Part shown: one piece after another, positions 12,213 through 23,020 of the stretch
How the letters are laid out: every line of letters starts with the position of its first letter
Numbering within the stretch: the stretch's first letter is position 1
NCBI GenBank assembly: GCA_046563655.1
Contig: CM102290.1
Location: 8,866,001 to 8,930,000 of the forward strand
Source of the DNA: Yuukianura sp. NJ FZ-2021
Lineage: Eukaryota
DNA length: 64,000 nt
Direction: 5' to 3'
The notes under the pieces: model-generated
Databases searched by the model: none
The model's input: only the letters and a program-made list of their open reading frames with translations
Told to the model about the DNA's origin: nothing
Position numbers and translations under genes: made by a program

Positions 12213-14397
12213 ATGGACCCCAACGACTCGAATAATAACAAGACTTACCAAAAGTATAAACTGGACGAACCGATTGTTCTTGACATTGAGTAAGTACTAT
12301 TAAAGTATTGAGGTTAAAGTTCCTTGTTTTCAATTGAATGTAAAATCCTATAATTATAGGATAACTTATACTGTTTGCTACAGTAGAGGGTTTGAAATAC
12401 CATTAATTTTGGAGTCAATCTTCGTTTAGTAGTTCGTATCACTTAGTACTTAATTAATGTATACTTACTTTATGATTGTCTGTAGAGTAGATTGACTGTA
12501 TGAGTTTGTTTATGAATGCAGGAAAATCCAAGGAGAGGGCATCCATGTAAAACCGAATGTTGCTGCTGAAGATTGGTTGAGCCGTCGCTGCAGCTCGTTG
12601 TCATCATCGGATGACGAAGAGGAAGACGATGGCATTCGCTTTAAAATGGGAGTCGGGACATGGCTGCCTAAACTTGAAGAGGCAGGGTTAGCTAAAAGCT
12701 GTTCATCCGGAAACGTAAAGGCAGTGCCAGGCATATCACAAGTTTTCGACGGCCTCAAGATGAATGAGTCTACGGAACTCGTCCCGATTCTGGACGATGG
12801 CAACGAACAAGACGACTGGACTCCTTTGACGCCTTTCCGAAAATTGGAGAAGATTTTTGACAACATCACGGATGACGGATCACTGAAAAAGAAGGTAAAG
12901 TTAATGTCAACATTACATCCGCAGTAGTAATTAGTGCAATTTTCAGTTAAATAACTATGCATTTTAAATTATGTCAGCTCCTCCAAGTAGGGACAGACAA
13001 GAAGGTACCGCTCCATGCGGTCGTTTGGATACGCTACGACATGTATTGTGATGGCATGGATGAAATTGTCTATCAAACAAAGAAACCGTTCAAGTTTCGG
13101 CTTTTCCAGCCTGATATCATGCCTTGGATTGACCTTGCCGTTACTACAATGGATTTGTACGAGACATCTTGGTTTCTGGTTCAACCTGAACTGGGATTCA
13201 AGAAGAACGGATTACCAGGATTTGTTCCTCCAAGTAAATTAGTTCAAACCATGTCTTACTCCTGTATCGAAGTGTTTACTAATAGTCGGTTAACACGGAC
13301 AGTATTATTGTGATTGTAGATTCCAAATTACTGTTCAAAGTTGAACTGGTTGACTTCCGGGAGGTTGGGGCACCAGGACTTACTCGATTGGAAGAAGAAA
13401 CTTTGCAGACACGCTCGTACCAAGAAATCATCGCTTGTGTTGTCGAATTAAAAGACCGTGCAAGTGCTTACTTGAACAGAAGAGAGCCGTGTTGGCGAAG
13501 TGCTTATAATTTGTAAGATGGTTAACCTTTTAGTATTTGTTATACTTCGCAGTTATGACATAAATCATCATTCTAAAGCTTTTTTGGCTAGTTAGGTATC
13601 GCAGAGCAGCACACTTTCTGGAAAAGTACTTCGTTTTTGATCCTGCCTTGGAACAAGATATGTTGAAGAATGTCTTCAACCTTCACAATAACATGACATT
13701 GTGCGCCACTAAAATGGAATGGTACGAACGGGCAGTCTTCCATTCTGAAAAGGCACTGCAGACACCAGCATTTGCGCATTCGAATCTCCAAAAGCTGTAT
13801 TACCGGTAATACGCTACATACACGTTACAAACATAGGAAACAACTGGATACTACGCGCATTTGATCTGTCTGTATTGATATTAGTCGTGCCACGGCCGAA
13901 TTGGAGATGGGGCAGCCGGAAACTGCGCTGGAGGACATTCTTAAGGCTAAACAGTGTAATCCAACGGATACTGAGATTCAAGCGTTAGAAAAACGGGTAA
14001 AACTTCATTTCCCTTGTACTGATTCGCTCGGATTGAAAGTCGGCTTATGCGTTGCAGCACCAATTAACTTATATTAAAGAATTGAAAATGTCAATGCAAG
14101 GAAAAATCGAAAAGAATCTTAGTAATCCAAATGTTTCCCCAGTATTTTTGTTTGAATCTTCCTTAACATTTCTTAATAATTTTCATGCATTGGTGCAGCA
14201 GCGCGAAATAGTCTGATTTTCAGTTGGCGGGATTCAACAAGGTCACTAATATTTCCAGATACTGCGATACAACGTTAGCGCTAAGCGCTAACTGCTGTAG
14301 TTTTTTTTTTTTTGAAACAATACAGATTCGGGAGAAGTTAAGAGCAGACAACGCCGTTCAAAAGGACCTCTTCAAGAAAATGATGGCTGTTCCTTGA
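12213..14397 (+). CDS. shu: FKBP6/shutdown-like co-chaperone (degenerate FKBP PPIase domain + TPR repeats)
   Basis: Acidic N-terminus, FKBP-like VWIRYDMY...LAVTTMDLYETSWFLVQPELGF...LLFKVELVDF and TPR-like KLYYR|RATAELEMGQPETALEDILKA. Ends FKKMMAVP*. Architecture matches FKBP6/Shutdown. Confidence 0.82.
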
Positions 14398-15038
14398 ACA
14401 AGATTGTTGCCAATGAATTAGTAACTACTAGTTTTACTTATGTAGTCACTACAAGCTAGTTTTCTTTTTAGTTTATTAGGACTTACTTAGCACTTTTGCT
14501 ATAATTTATTTATCTCAGCAAATAAATTTTCATTCCTGGAGCTAATAAATCTATACTCTTTAACCTTCCCGTTCAACTCCAGTTCTCTCCACGATTCCGC
14601 AAAATGACCGACCAGAATTTAGCAAAACCTACCAACAGTTTAAAAGTCGAGTTCTACTTTACCATGGAAGTTTCTAATGAAGTTTCTAGAAACCAAGAAA
14701 TAGTTACCTTGTTTCGAAATTAAAACCAAACTAAATGAAAAAAATCGGCGATGCAAAGTCAAGATTTTGTTTTTGGAATTTAACGTTAATTTTAATGGCA
14801 ATACAAAATTAGAAATTGAAAAATGTGAAAGTTTAATTGCTTACAAACTAGAACAACAAAAAAATTTTAACTTAACTATTAACTTAATTATTAGCCTAAA
14901 ATTATTGAATACAATGGAGCACAAAAAACTTAAATTATGAACCTTAGAATTAGATAACTTATTCAAGCTTACTAAACTTAAGTACAAAAATATAAGGAAA
15001 TTACACTTCGGAACAGCGAGACTTAAACTTAGGGAAGA

Positions 15039-16571
15039 TTAGCCTACGATGATCCTGCCGTTGAAGTCGAAGATGGCGATGAATCCAGCCTTCAAGACGG
15101 TGACATCGGTGGGAAGCTCCAGGGGAAGATGTCCAATGGCACGAACGGAATCCAAGGGTTGTCCAGACGACGAGAAGACCTTGATGGAGTGGTTCCGAGT
15201 ATCCGCCACGAGGAGGTTTCCGCAGTTGTCCAGGGCCAGTCCAGAGGGTCTCCAGAGTCCAGTATCCACGATCTTCTGGCAGAAGGCGAAGTCCACCGGC
15301 ATCTTGAAGACGGCGTGGGCGTTGAAGTCCGAGGCGTAGAGGTGCTCTCCTGATGACGAAAACAAGGAATCCGTTTTAGACTTCTGCTTGCTTCATCTTG
15401 GATTCTTCGTCTTCTTTGAGCTGCTGGCTGTCCCACCGGTGAGGTCGAATGTGAGGCCGCGTGGAAACTCCAGTCCTGGTTGGTACATCATCCCCAAGAT
15501 GCCTCCGTCCGGGTTGAAGAGCTGGATCCGATGGTTCCTGGAGTCGGCCACCGCGATGAGTCCATGCTTCGAGACGGCGATCCCCCAGGGGTAGAGAAAT
15601 TGTCCAGGATACTTCCCTCTGCTGCCGAAGAACGCGATGAAGGTTCCGGTTGGAGTGAAGGCCTGGATGCGATGGTTGTCCTTGTCCGTCACGACGATCC
15701 GGTCCAGAAGGGGGTCGTAGGCAATTCCAGTTGGGCGGCAGAAGAGTCCAGCTGAAGTCCCGAGTCCTCCGAAGGCTGTGATGAAGTCTCCCTCCGGTCC
15801 GTAGACGACAACTTCGTGGTGCTCCCGGTCCGTGATGAAGATCTGCAAGGAAGAACGAACGAAAACGTTAGAGATTGCTTCCAAGCCAAGCAGAGAAGCT
15901 TCCTCACCTGCTCGGTTGAAGGATTCGTCGTGATTCCCCAGGGCTTCCGTCGCTTGGTCAATCCGTCTGGTAGTGGCATCTCGGCGTCCATGGTGACGAT
16001 TGGCTTGCTGATGGTGGCGTAGCTCCTCTCGATGAAGATGTGGAACGGTGATCCAGGAAGATGGAAGGTCCCAACGAAGGCGGATCCAACGAAGAGTCCA
16101 GTTTCCAGTGGCAGGAAGGTGCAGTAGAGGTGGTGGTCATCTTGGCGGTGAATCCCCACGGTGTACTTCGATCCGGATGGTCCAACGACGGAGATGTCCA
16201 GCGATGAGGTGTCCAGAAATCCATGTGGTCCAATTTGGATGGTGAAGGTTGTCTCCTGTCCAGCGTAGTGGTGGTCCCCGGATGGCTCGAAGACTGCTGT
16301 CCCAATGATGTTGAGGTAGTGGTCCAGATCCAAGTTGAAGTCATCTTCCGGAGTGGCAACGGCAGAGGAGAATCCAGAGTCCGTAGTGTTGTCCAGGTCC
16401 AGGGTGAGCAGTTCCTGAAATTAAGCAAAGAAAAGATATTAGTAACGATCGTCATCTCTAGTTCTAGGCAGGATCACTGCGGAATTAGAGACCCACCTTC
16501 GTCATGTTGAGAGATGAGCCCCGAGTGAATGGTCCAATGGCGGCGAAGAGATCCGGCTGTGAAGTGTCCAT
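15039..16571 (-). CDS. Filamin-repeat + six-NHL-repeat protein, LIN-41/TRIM71-like C-terminal half (about 432 aa); exons 16571-16497, 16414-15908, 15842-15437, 15349-15039
   Basis: Filamin-type AGQETTFTIQ...ISVVGPSG...YCTFLPLETG...HLPGSPFHIFI. NHL blades PWGI..IFITDRE, RPTGIA..VTDKDNHRIQAF, YPWGIAV..VADSRNHRIQLF, FPRGL..ASDFNAH, RPSGLALD..VADTRNHSIKVF, LPTDV. Three GT-AG introns keep frame. An alternative in-frame ATG lies at 17099. Confidence 0.88.
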
Positions 16572-16607
16572 GCTTGGCTTCAAGGTCGTCTGCAGTTGTA
16601 GTCTTCT

Positions 16608-16967
16608 GGGTGTCCCGGTCGTCGTCCAATGGAAGCCCGCGATGTCCGGTCGTCGTCGTGTGGTTGAAGAGGTGGGTGTCCCGGTCGTCGTGGAGTAGAA
16701 GCCCGCGATGTCCCGGTCGAGATACCCGAGCCTTTCGACCCAGAAGTATGAAGAATCCCTCAGTGACTTTCTGGGCGGTACTTGGCCAAGGTCTCGTGTC
16801 CCGGTCGTCCTTCTTGTGTAGAGCTCGTGTCCCGGTCGTCCTTCTGGTGTAGAGTCCGTGTCCCGGTCGTCCTTCTGGTGTAGAGTCCGTGTCCCGGTCG
16901 TCCTTCTGGTGTAGAGCTCGTGTCCCGGTCGTCCTTCTGGTGTAGAAGCCCTCGTGTCCCGGTCGTC
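16608..16967. repeat. Tandem repeat array: five 31-bp units (16795-16952) plus a partial unit, and four degenerate core copies (16608-16720)
   Basis: Unit CGTGTCCCGGTCGTCCTTCTGGTGTAGAG(CT/TC) starts at 16795, 16826, 16857, 16888 and 16919 (fifth unit 3 bp longer), with a partial copy at 16953. Core TGTCC(C)GGTCG also occurs near 16611, 16643, 16677 and 16709. Confidence 0.95.
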
Positions 16968-17030
16968 GGCTGGCTGGTCCTCGGAGCGGTGGTGGGAGAG
17001 GTCCTTCTCCTTCGGCTGCTGGCGAGCGAC

Positions 17031-17144
17031 TGTTGAGCTCTCACTCTCTGCAGCCGCTTTTATACCCCCGGCCTTCCCATCCTCTCCATGGAAGGCCATG
17101 ACGTCACGGCATTTCTAAAATTAGCCTCCAGCGCGAAATTCAAA
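17031..17144 (-). promoter_or_regulatory. Putative core promoter of the filamin-NHL gene: TATA box, CRE, E2F/CHR-like composite
   Basis: Minus-strand TATAAAA at 17064-17058 in GC-rich flanks, Inr-like TCAACAGTC about 30 nt downstream, palindromic TGACGTCA at 17099-17106, GCGCGAAATTCAAA at 17131-17144. Confidence 0.55.
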
Positions 17145-17382
17145 TTCCAAAAAAAAAAAAAAAAACAAGTAAACAAACCACTCTCACTCCCTCGTAAGTC
17201 GTACTTATAATACCGTAAATTAAAAAAAAAACACTAATAACAAAGAAAAATAGAGATTCATCAAGTTCTGCGATTGATTCTTGTATTTCACTTAACATTT
17301 TCACCTACATCTTCCAGAATTGATAAAGTTTATGAGTTATACTAATTATATCATTATGTAAAGCGCAGATTTTAGCATTTTT

Positions 17383-19038
17383 TCACCCCGAAGATGCCGG
17401 GACTGGGTAAATATAGACCTTCTCATCGAAAGTGACGAATGCCATACAGAGCTTATTGACGATCTCGTCTGTTGTCGATGAATCTCCTTCCTCCCGAACT
17501 CCATAGAACCCGGGAATGAAAGTTGCAACGCTATCTTCAAAGTGGAATCGTGTAGGAACTTTGTCTTGGATGAAATACGTGTCTCCGTCCCATGTACACG
17601 CAAAAATACTACCATTTACTTGGAATAACGACGTGATTTGATGTTCGACTTCCAATTTCCTAAGAAATAAGACAAAATTCACGACAAATTCTAATTTCGT
17701 GTCCATCCAGAAAGAATCTAGAATTACTGATTGTAATTGGAATTTACCACTGGACGTCGCTGTTCCTTGCAATGATAATCTTTCCATCCATTGTAGCTAC
17801 AGCATAGGAATAATCATGTTCTCCTTGTGATGCAATTACATTCCCAGTGACTTCACAGGAAATGGATTGATTAATTCCATGAGCAGTGTCATGAGCGTCA
17901 TGAGCAGTGGCATGTGCAGTGTCTATGGGCATAAAATAGTCGATAGTGATATTCTCCACTGCTGAGACAGTTCTACGGGAAATTCTGTGGTAAGTGAAGA
18001 TAAAGTACTGAAAGTTATTGTCCATAGGTAGCTCATTGTTAAACCTAAAGCAACATCATCGATTCTAGTGGTCGAATTTACCTATCCGGTTCCTTTTTTA
18101 GTGTCTCGGATGGAGTTCGTACTGCGGGCGGGTGACTCCCGCCTTTTGATGTTAATGAAGATGTAATAGTGGAGCTTCCAGAGGAAGCCACAGGTACAGC
18201 GGGAAGTCCCTCTTCAGTCGTTTCTTCAAGAGTTTCGGTGATCTTCTTGATCATACCACCGGGTTGACTAACCAGAATTGACAGTGATCCTACTTCTCGA
18301 TGAAGCGCAATACATCCAACTTGACTAGAGAATTCCCATTTGTTCAGCCCATACAATCGACCATAAAATAATTCTTCCCGCTTCCCGTCTTTACAAGGTT
18401 TTCCACTGTCCAGCCTTTCTTCCTGAAACAACGAGATTTAAACCTGTTATTTCATATGACAAAGTGTAAGTGGTACAAAGGTGGCATCACATCAACTACA
18501 ATCATTTGGTTTGTCTTACTGAGTTGTCCAATCCTTCGGACTTCCACTGATATGTCCGGACTACTCTGTCTGTCAGGCCTAGGACCATTTCGGTTAGTCC
18601 ATCACCGTTGACGTCTCCGAGATGCAGTGACTTGGTATTCGGGGGAATCCGTTGAGAGTGATATGGCCAAATCATGGACGTCTCCGGCGGTAAGAACTGA
18701 GTTGGTGAATCTCCTTCCGTTACATGAAAGGCACGGTCGAATGATGCAAGTTCAGACTCTACGTCAAAGATGTGACACCAACCCTCAATAGTTACTGCCA
18801 CGAGCACATTCTTTTCAATGTTGAGCAAATCTCCGACTGCCAAAGCTGCGATAGCACCTAAATCTGAAGACGTACAGAGACATTGATCCTCCCGAAAAAT
18901 GCTTAACTCCCCCTCGGAAGAACCAATGATGAATTCGTTTAATCCATCGTTGTCCACATCTCCAAAGCAAATAGCATTTTTCAGAACACTTCCATTAAAC
19001 TTCAAAACAACACAATCCACAAGTGACAGCGTCCGCAT
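17383..19038 (-). CDS. ITFG2: KICSTOR subunit ITFG2 (integrin-alpha FG-GAP repeat protein 2), about 4 exons
   Basis: MRTLSLV..LKFNGSVLKNAICFGDVDNDGLNEFIIG, QRIPPNTK..LGDVNGDGLTEMVLGLTDRVVRTYQW, ILVSQPGG, YAVATMDG and ACTWDGDTY match ITFG2 motifs. Confidence 0.9.
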
Positions 19039-19127
19039 CCTTTCGTTTTTGCTGTTGGAAACTTGCGCAACAAGTAGGTCGATATGGGCAAGGCGTATGC
19101 TTTCTTATGTGATGTATGACGATGTCC

Positions 19128-19750
19128 TTAAGAGTTGAAGGGCTGGGGAAACAGAACTTGAGGTTGCGACGATAACATTTGCCAGCGACTAGGAGGCCAC
19201 ACGATACACTTTGCTTTAGATTTCACAAGACCCAAGGCTACTGGACCGAATGTGTTCGAATCTAATGAGTGACCATGGTGATCTCCTTCAAGCCAACAGT
19301 GTCCTGGTGGTATTCGCACGAACGGTTCTGGATGGCCTCTTGTTTGGACAACGTCACCCTACACATAAATTATTCCATTAATAGTCACATATTATAACTG
19401 ATTTTAAGTATTTGTATTCAAACGAAATAAGACGTAAAAGGTATAAGTTAACTCACGCTAAGGCCAATCACTCGCTTGATGATTCTTTGTTTTGGATTGG
19501 TAGGACTAACTAATGCAACAATGTCTCCTCTCTGTATTGACTCGAAGGCGTTGTTAGCAATAGGCCAAGTATTAAGAAAGACGTAGTCTGTTACAGCTGA
19601 CTTATTGTCAATTGGGTTTAGTACTGGTTGCATAGACGAGCCCTCGACTTTGGCAACATATCCAACAACATCGATAATAGTTACTCCTGCTGGGATGCTG
19701 ACAGTCAATGTAGCCACTAATCGTTTGAACCAGTTGGATACTGTCGACAT
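19128..19750 (-). CDS. IMMP2L: Mitochondrial inner membrane protease subunit 2 (S26 peptidase), 2 coding exons
   Basis: [16 protein letters not shown] (catalytic Ser), [18 protein letters not shown] (catalytic Lys), [31 protein letters not shown]. Confidence 0.93.
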
Positions 19751-20403
19751 TGGAGTCGCGACCAAACTTCTTTTAAGAACGCAGAGTCCCAATGCGTTAT
19801 GGCATCTAAAAAATGTAAATACAGAGAATACAATCACGTAAGCTATTTAGTACAACTAGTCCAGTTACTGTAGTCTATTAGTTTCTGATGCAATAGTAGT
19901 AGCAATAGTTAGTAATCCACAATATAACGATACTTTACTGTATAAATAACTTCACCATATAGTCTTTATGTATGCGTGACTGACTTACCAGTAGTTCGGA
20001 GTTATTTGATCATCACCTTCGCTGCAAAGTTGACAAACCCGCCAACCACAACACTGCTCTTCAATTAAGTAGTGAACTAGAAAAATAATCTACAGATTTG
20101 AATCTTTTATTATTGTTTTGTTTTCCAAAGAAAGACAATACACAATGACGAGTGTACCAAGTAACATAACCAGTAAAAATTTTGATCGGAGATCGGAAGA
20201 GAACTCTCATGTCTCATTCAAGAATTTCCCCAGAACCGGAGATGGGCAATTGACTGCCAACGTTGAGTTTAATACAAAACTAACGTAATAAGGTTTGACG
20301 TTCTTCATAGCAATTAATCGTCGCAATCGTCTTATTAGTCAGTCTTCACAAGGCCCCAATTGTAATTGCAAGGAATGTAACACATTATGTATTTCAAAAA
20401 ATA

Positions 20404-21265
20404 TTATTCGGCTCTTCGAATTCCCTTCTCGTTCTTCAAGTTACCAGGATGCGTATCTTCTGCCGAAGAATTCATTTCTGGCAAAATGTTGTATTGATCC
20501 TAAACATTCATAAAATAATACTTAAGTCAATGTTAAATAACGTTTGCGGAAAGGCGTTAAAATAATTCTTACATAATGTTTCATGTATGATAGGAAAACG
20601 TTCCAGAAAACGGTTGCTACATTTATGTAGAGAACCCGGTACTTGGGAGGCACCAACCAGAAATTGAGAATTTGACACGGCGGCCATAAAATGCAATCGA
20701 CCTATTTCGAAAATTCAGGAAAATTATTTGAACCTTTGCAATATGAATATGAAATGCCAATTTAAAACCTAAGCAAGCTATTACCAGATACACTGTAGGA
20801 AATTTTCGAACAAATTCATCCCAGCACTGTGGAAGCGGCTTGCCCTCCAACCATGCCATTCCAACGAAAAATTGGAAATTAAAGAACGGGCAAGCGATGA
20901 CTTGATCCACAAAAATCTTCTTGGTAACTGTAGAAGCAGATTTTCCTGGTAGGAAAACATCCATGTACTTGTAGAACACATAGTGTGGAGGGCCTTCCAG
21001 AAGACCGATTATCCCAATCCGTTCTGTTCAAAACAAGTTTTAGAAGTAAAATTCCTAGTAACACTGATCCAATAATTGTTTTACTTAAGCGATCCACGTC
21101 GTATTTCGTTTGTAGCTGACTGTTAATTTCTAATTTCTGTTCAACAGCATCTCCAAGTACAAATAGAATACATCCAGTGACGGTATTGGTGATGAGTGAG
21201 TACTGTTCCGAAAATAGTGTATTGACTAATTTCTTCAATCCAGCTCGAACGCCTGTTATGGACAT
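20404..21265 (-). CDS. Mpv17/PMP22 family protein (MPV17L2-like), 4 coding exons
   Basis: SLITNTVTGCILFVLGDAVEQ, GPPHYVFYKYMD, KKIFVDQVIACP, DCILWPPCQILNFWLVPPKYRVLYIN, FLSYMKH. Confidence 0.88.
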
Positions 21266-21973
21266 TGGACATGAATTACCTAGAAAGACCAAGAAGTGGT
21301 TTGAAAGGCTTTCGATCAGTATAAAACGATTATTAATAAGTTACTTTACCACAAACCGGAAGTATCGGATTGGATGGAATCTGAGTTCACTTCCCGAAGT
21401 TTCAAAATTTTGAAAAAATCCCAAGGTTCGGTTTAGTCTTTGGTGTCAGTGGTTCATGCAAGTCAGTCAGACATCTCAGTGGTCAAACCAATGCAACTGC
21501 CGTGATTAGGAAAAACGATTAATCGCATGCAAGCATAGGACTAAGCGGCTACCGCCCAGTAATTGGATTTACTTCGACCCTGACTCACCTAACGTTGACC
21601 TTTGACCTTAACTGCAAGTAGCGTGTAAAAAACGTAAACTCGAAGTGCAAAATGGATACGAGTTTACATCATGACTTGTTTAGTTTGCAATGCAAACTTT
21701 ACATGTGCGAATTCACCTTGACAGCGTTTCCCACAATTTTTTGGAATTTTCTTTCACCAAGTCTCAGTTCGCCTCAAAAAGATTATCATCTGTCAACCTG
21801 TGCCAACAATTAACAAGCGTAAGATGTTAAATTTTTGCTTTAATTAGTTAACTAACATCATTGAAAATAACACGTTTTTCAAAATTCAATTGACGTGTTA
21901 ATAAGCACACTAACGTAAGCGACTTCGATTGAATCTGGATAATAAAAATTCAAGTATCTTTCCATTGCATACG

Positions 21974-21989
21974 CCGCTAGATGGTGGCG
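21974..21989 (+). promoter_or_regulatory. CTCF-like insulator motif between the MPV17-like and SPH genes
   Basis: CCGCTAGATGGTGGCG resembles the arthropod CTCF core CCACTAGATGGCGC. Single motif only. Confidence 0.25.
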
Positions 21990-23020
21990 TAAAACGGCGT
22001 CTTACGGAGGAGGCTATTCTAATGACAACGGTTTCTATTCCATAGTTTAACTTTAATTTAAAATTTTACGGTTTTCAAAACGTCGAAGTACGATCATGAA
22101 CTTCGGCAGATGAATTTGGAAGTTTGAAATACTTGAAATAAAAACCACTTGCATGCAGTCAGCCCGCTTACAATTTCGGTTGATTTCGGCTATAGTGTTA
22201 TTTACAATTTAAATGTAATTTCGGATGTAATTTCTTGCACTTTGCATCATCACAGCCAACTTCCTGGAAGTTCCGGTAATTAAACTTATGTAAATTGTAA
22301 AAGCTGCATACAATTTTTACGGCTCAAGAAGAATTTACTAACATCCAGATATGAAGATGTCCTCTGAACTGTAGAAATATTTGTAGGAGATGACGACAGG
22401 TTGTCTTGTCATGCAGCATTTTCCAGGAATTAGAAACTGGAAACCCAGATTCCCGTCTATATCAGCCCAAAAGTTGTAATTGTTAAGTTTGTAAAGCAGA
22501 ATTCTTGTGATGACGTCAGAAATTTTTCACCTCCTTGGTCAAACTAAAAACTGTTTTTTTACGAATTGTTTTTTGTTGTTTTCTGGAACTTTTTAGTTAT
22601 TCCTAAATGCACAAAGAACAAGTTAGCCTCGACGACGAAGAATAAGGAATATATGCTCAGCAGCATATTATACTGCCACCACCACGCACTGCCTCTGTCC
22701 ATTTCCAAGTCAATTCGTTCCCTTCAGTTCCCAAGGGATAATCCTAACCTTTACAATGCCCATTTAGCAACCTCACAATCTTCCAACTTCTAACCTATTG
22801 TCCTTTTCCATTGACAAACTGGTTTTTCAGCACTATTGCTTGGCACTTCTGGGCTGTCCCAACCTAGCAGTCCACTAAACTCGTCAACCAACGTAGTCAA
22901 TCACTAATTCTATTCCGCAATAGGCAGTTACTCACCTAACGTAAAAAAATCCAAGATTTTTGCAAGTTTTGTTCAAATTAGCATTTTCAAACTTCCCCGC
23001 TTGTACCAACCGGAAGAACG

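Noticed and set aside
15049..16852. Many overlapping plus-strand and alternate-frame ORFs
   Set aside because: Shadow ORFs expected from a GC-rich coding region; no recognisable motifs.
16795..16967. 31-bp repeats as a CRISPR array
   Set aside because: Units are directly adjacent with no unique spacers, there are no cas genes, and the context is eukaryotic.
16485..17099. 204-aa ORF as a separate gene
   Set aside because: Its 3' end is exon 1 of the NHL gene and the rest is repeat-derived. Its ATG lies upstream of the apparent TATA box. Kept only as a possible N-terminal extension.
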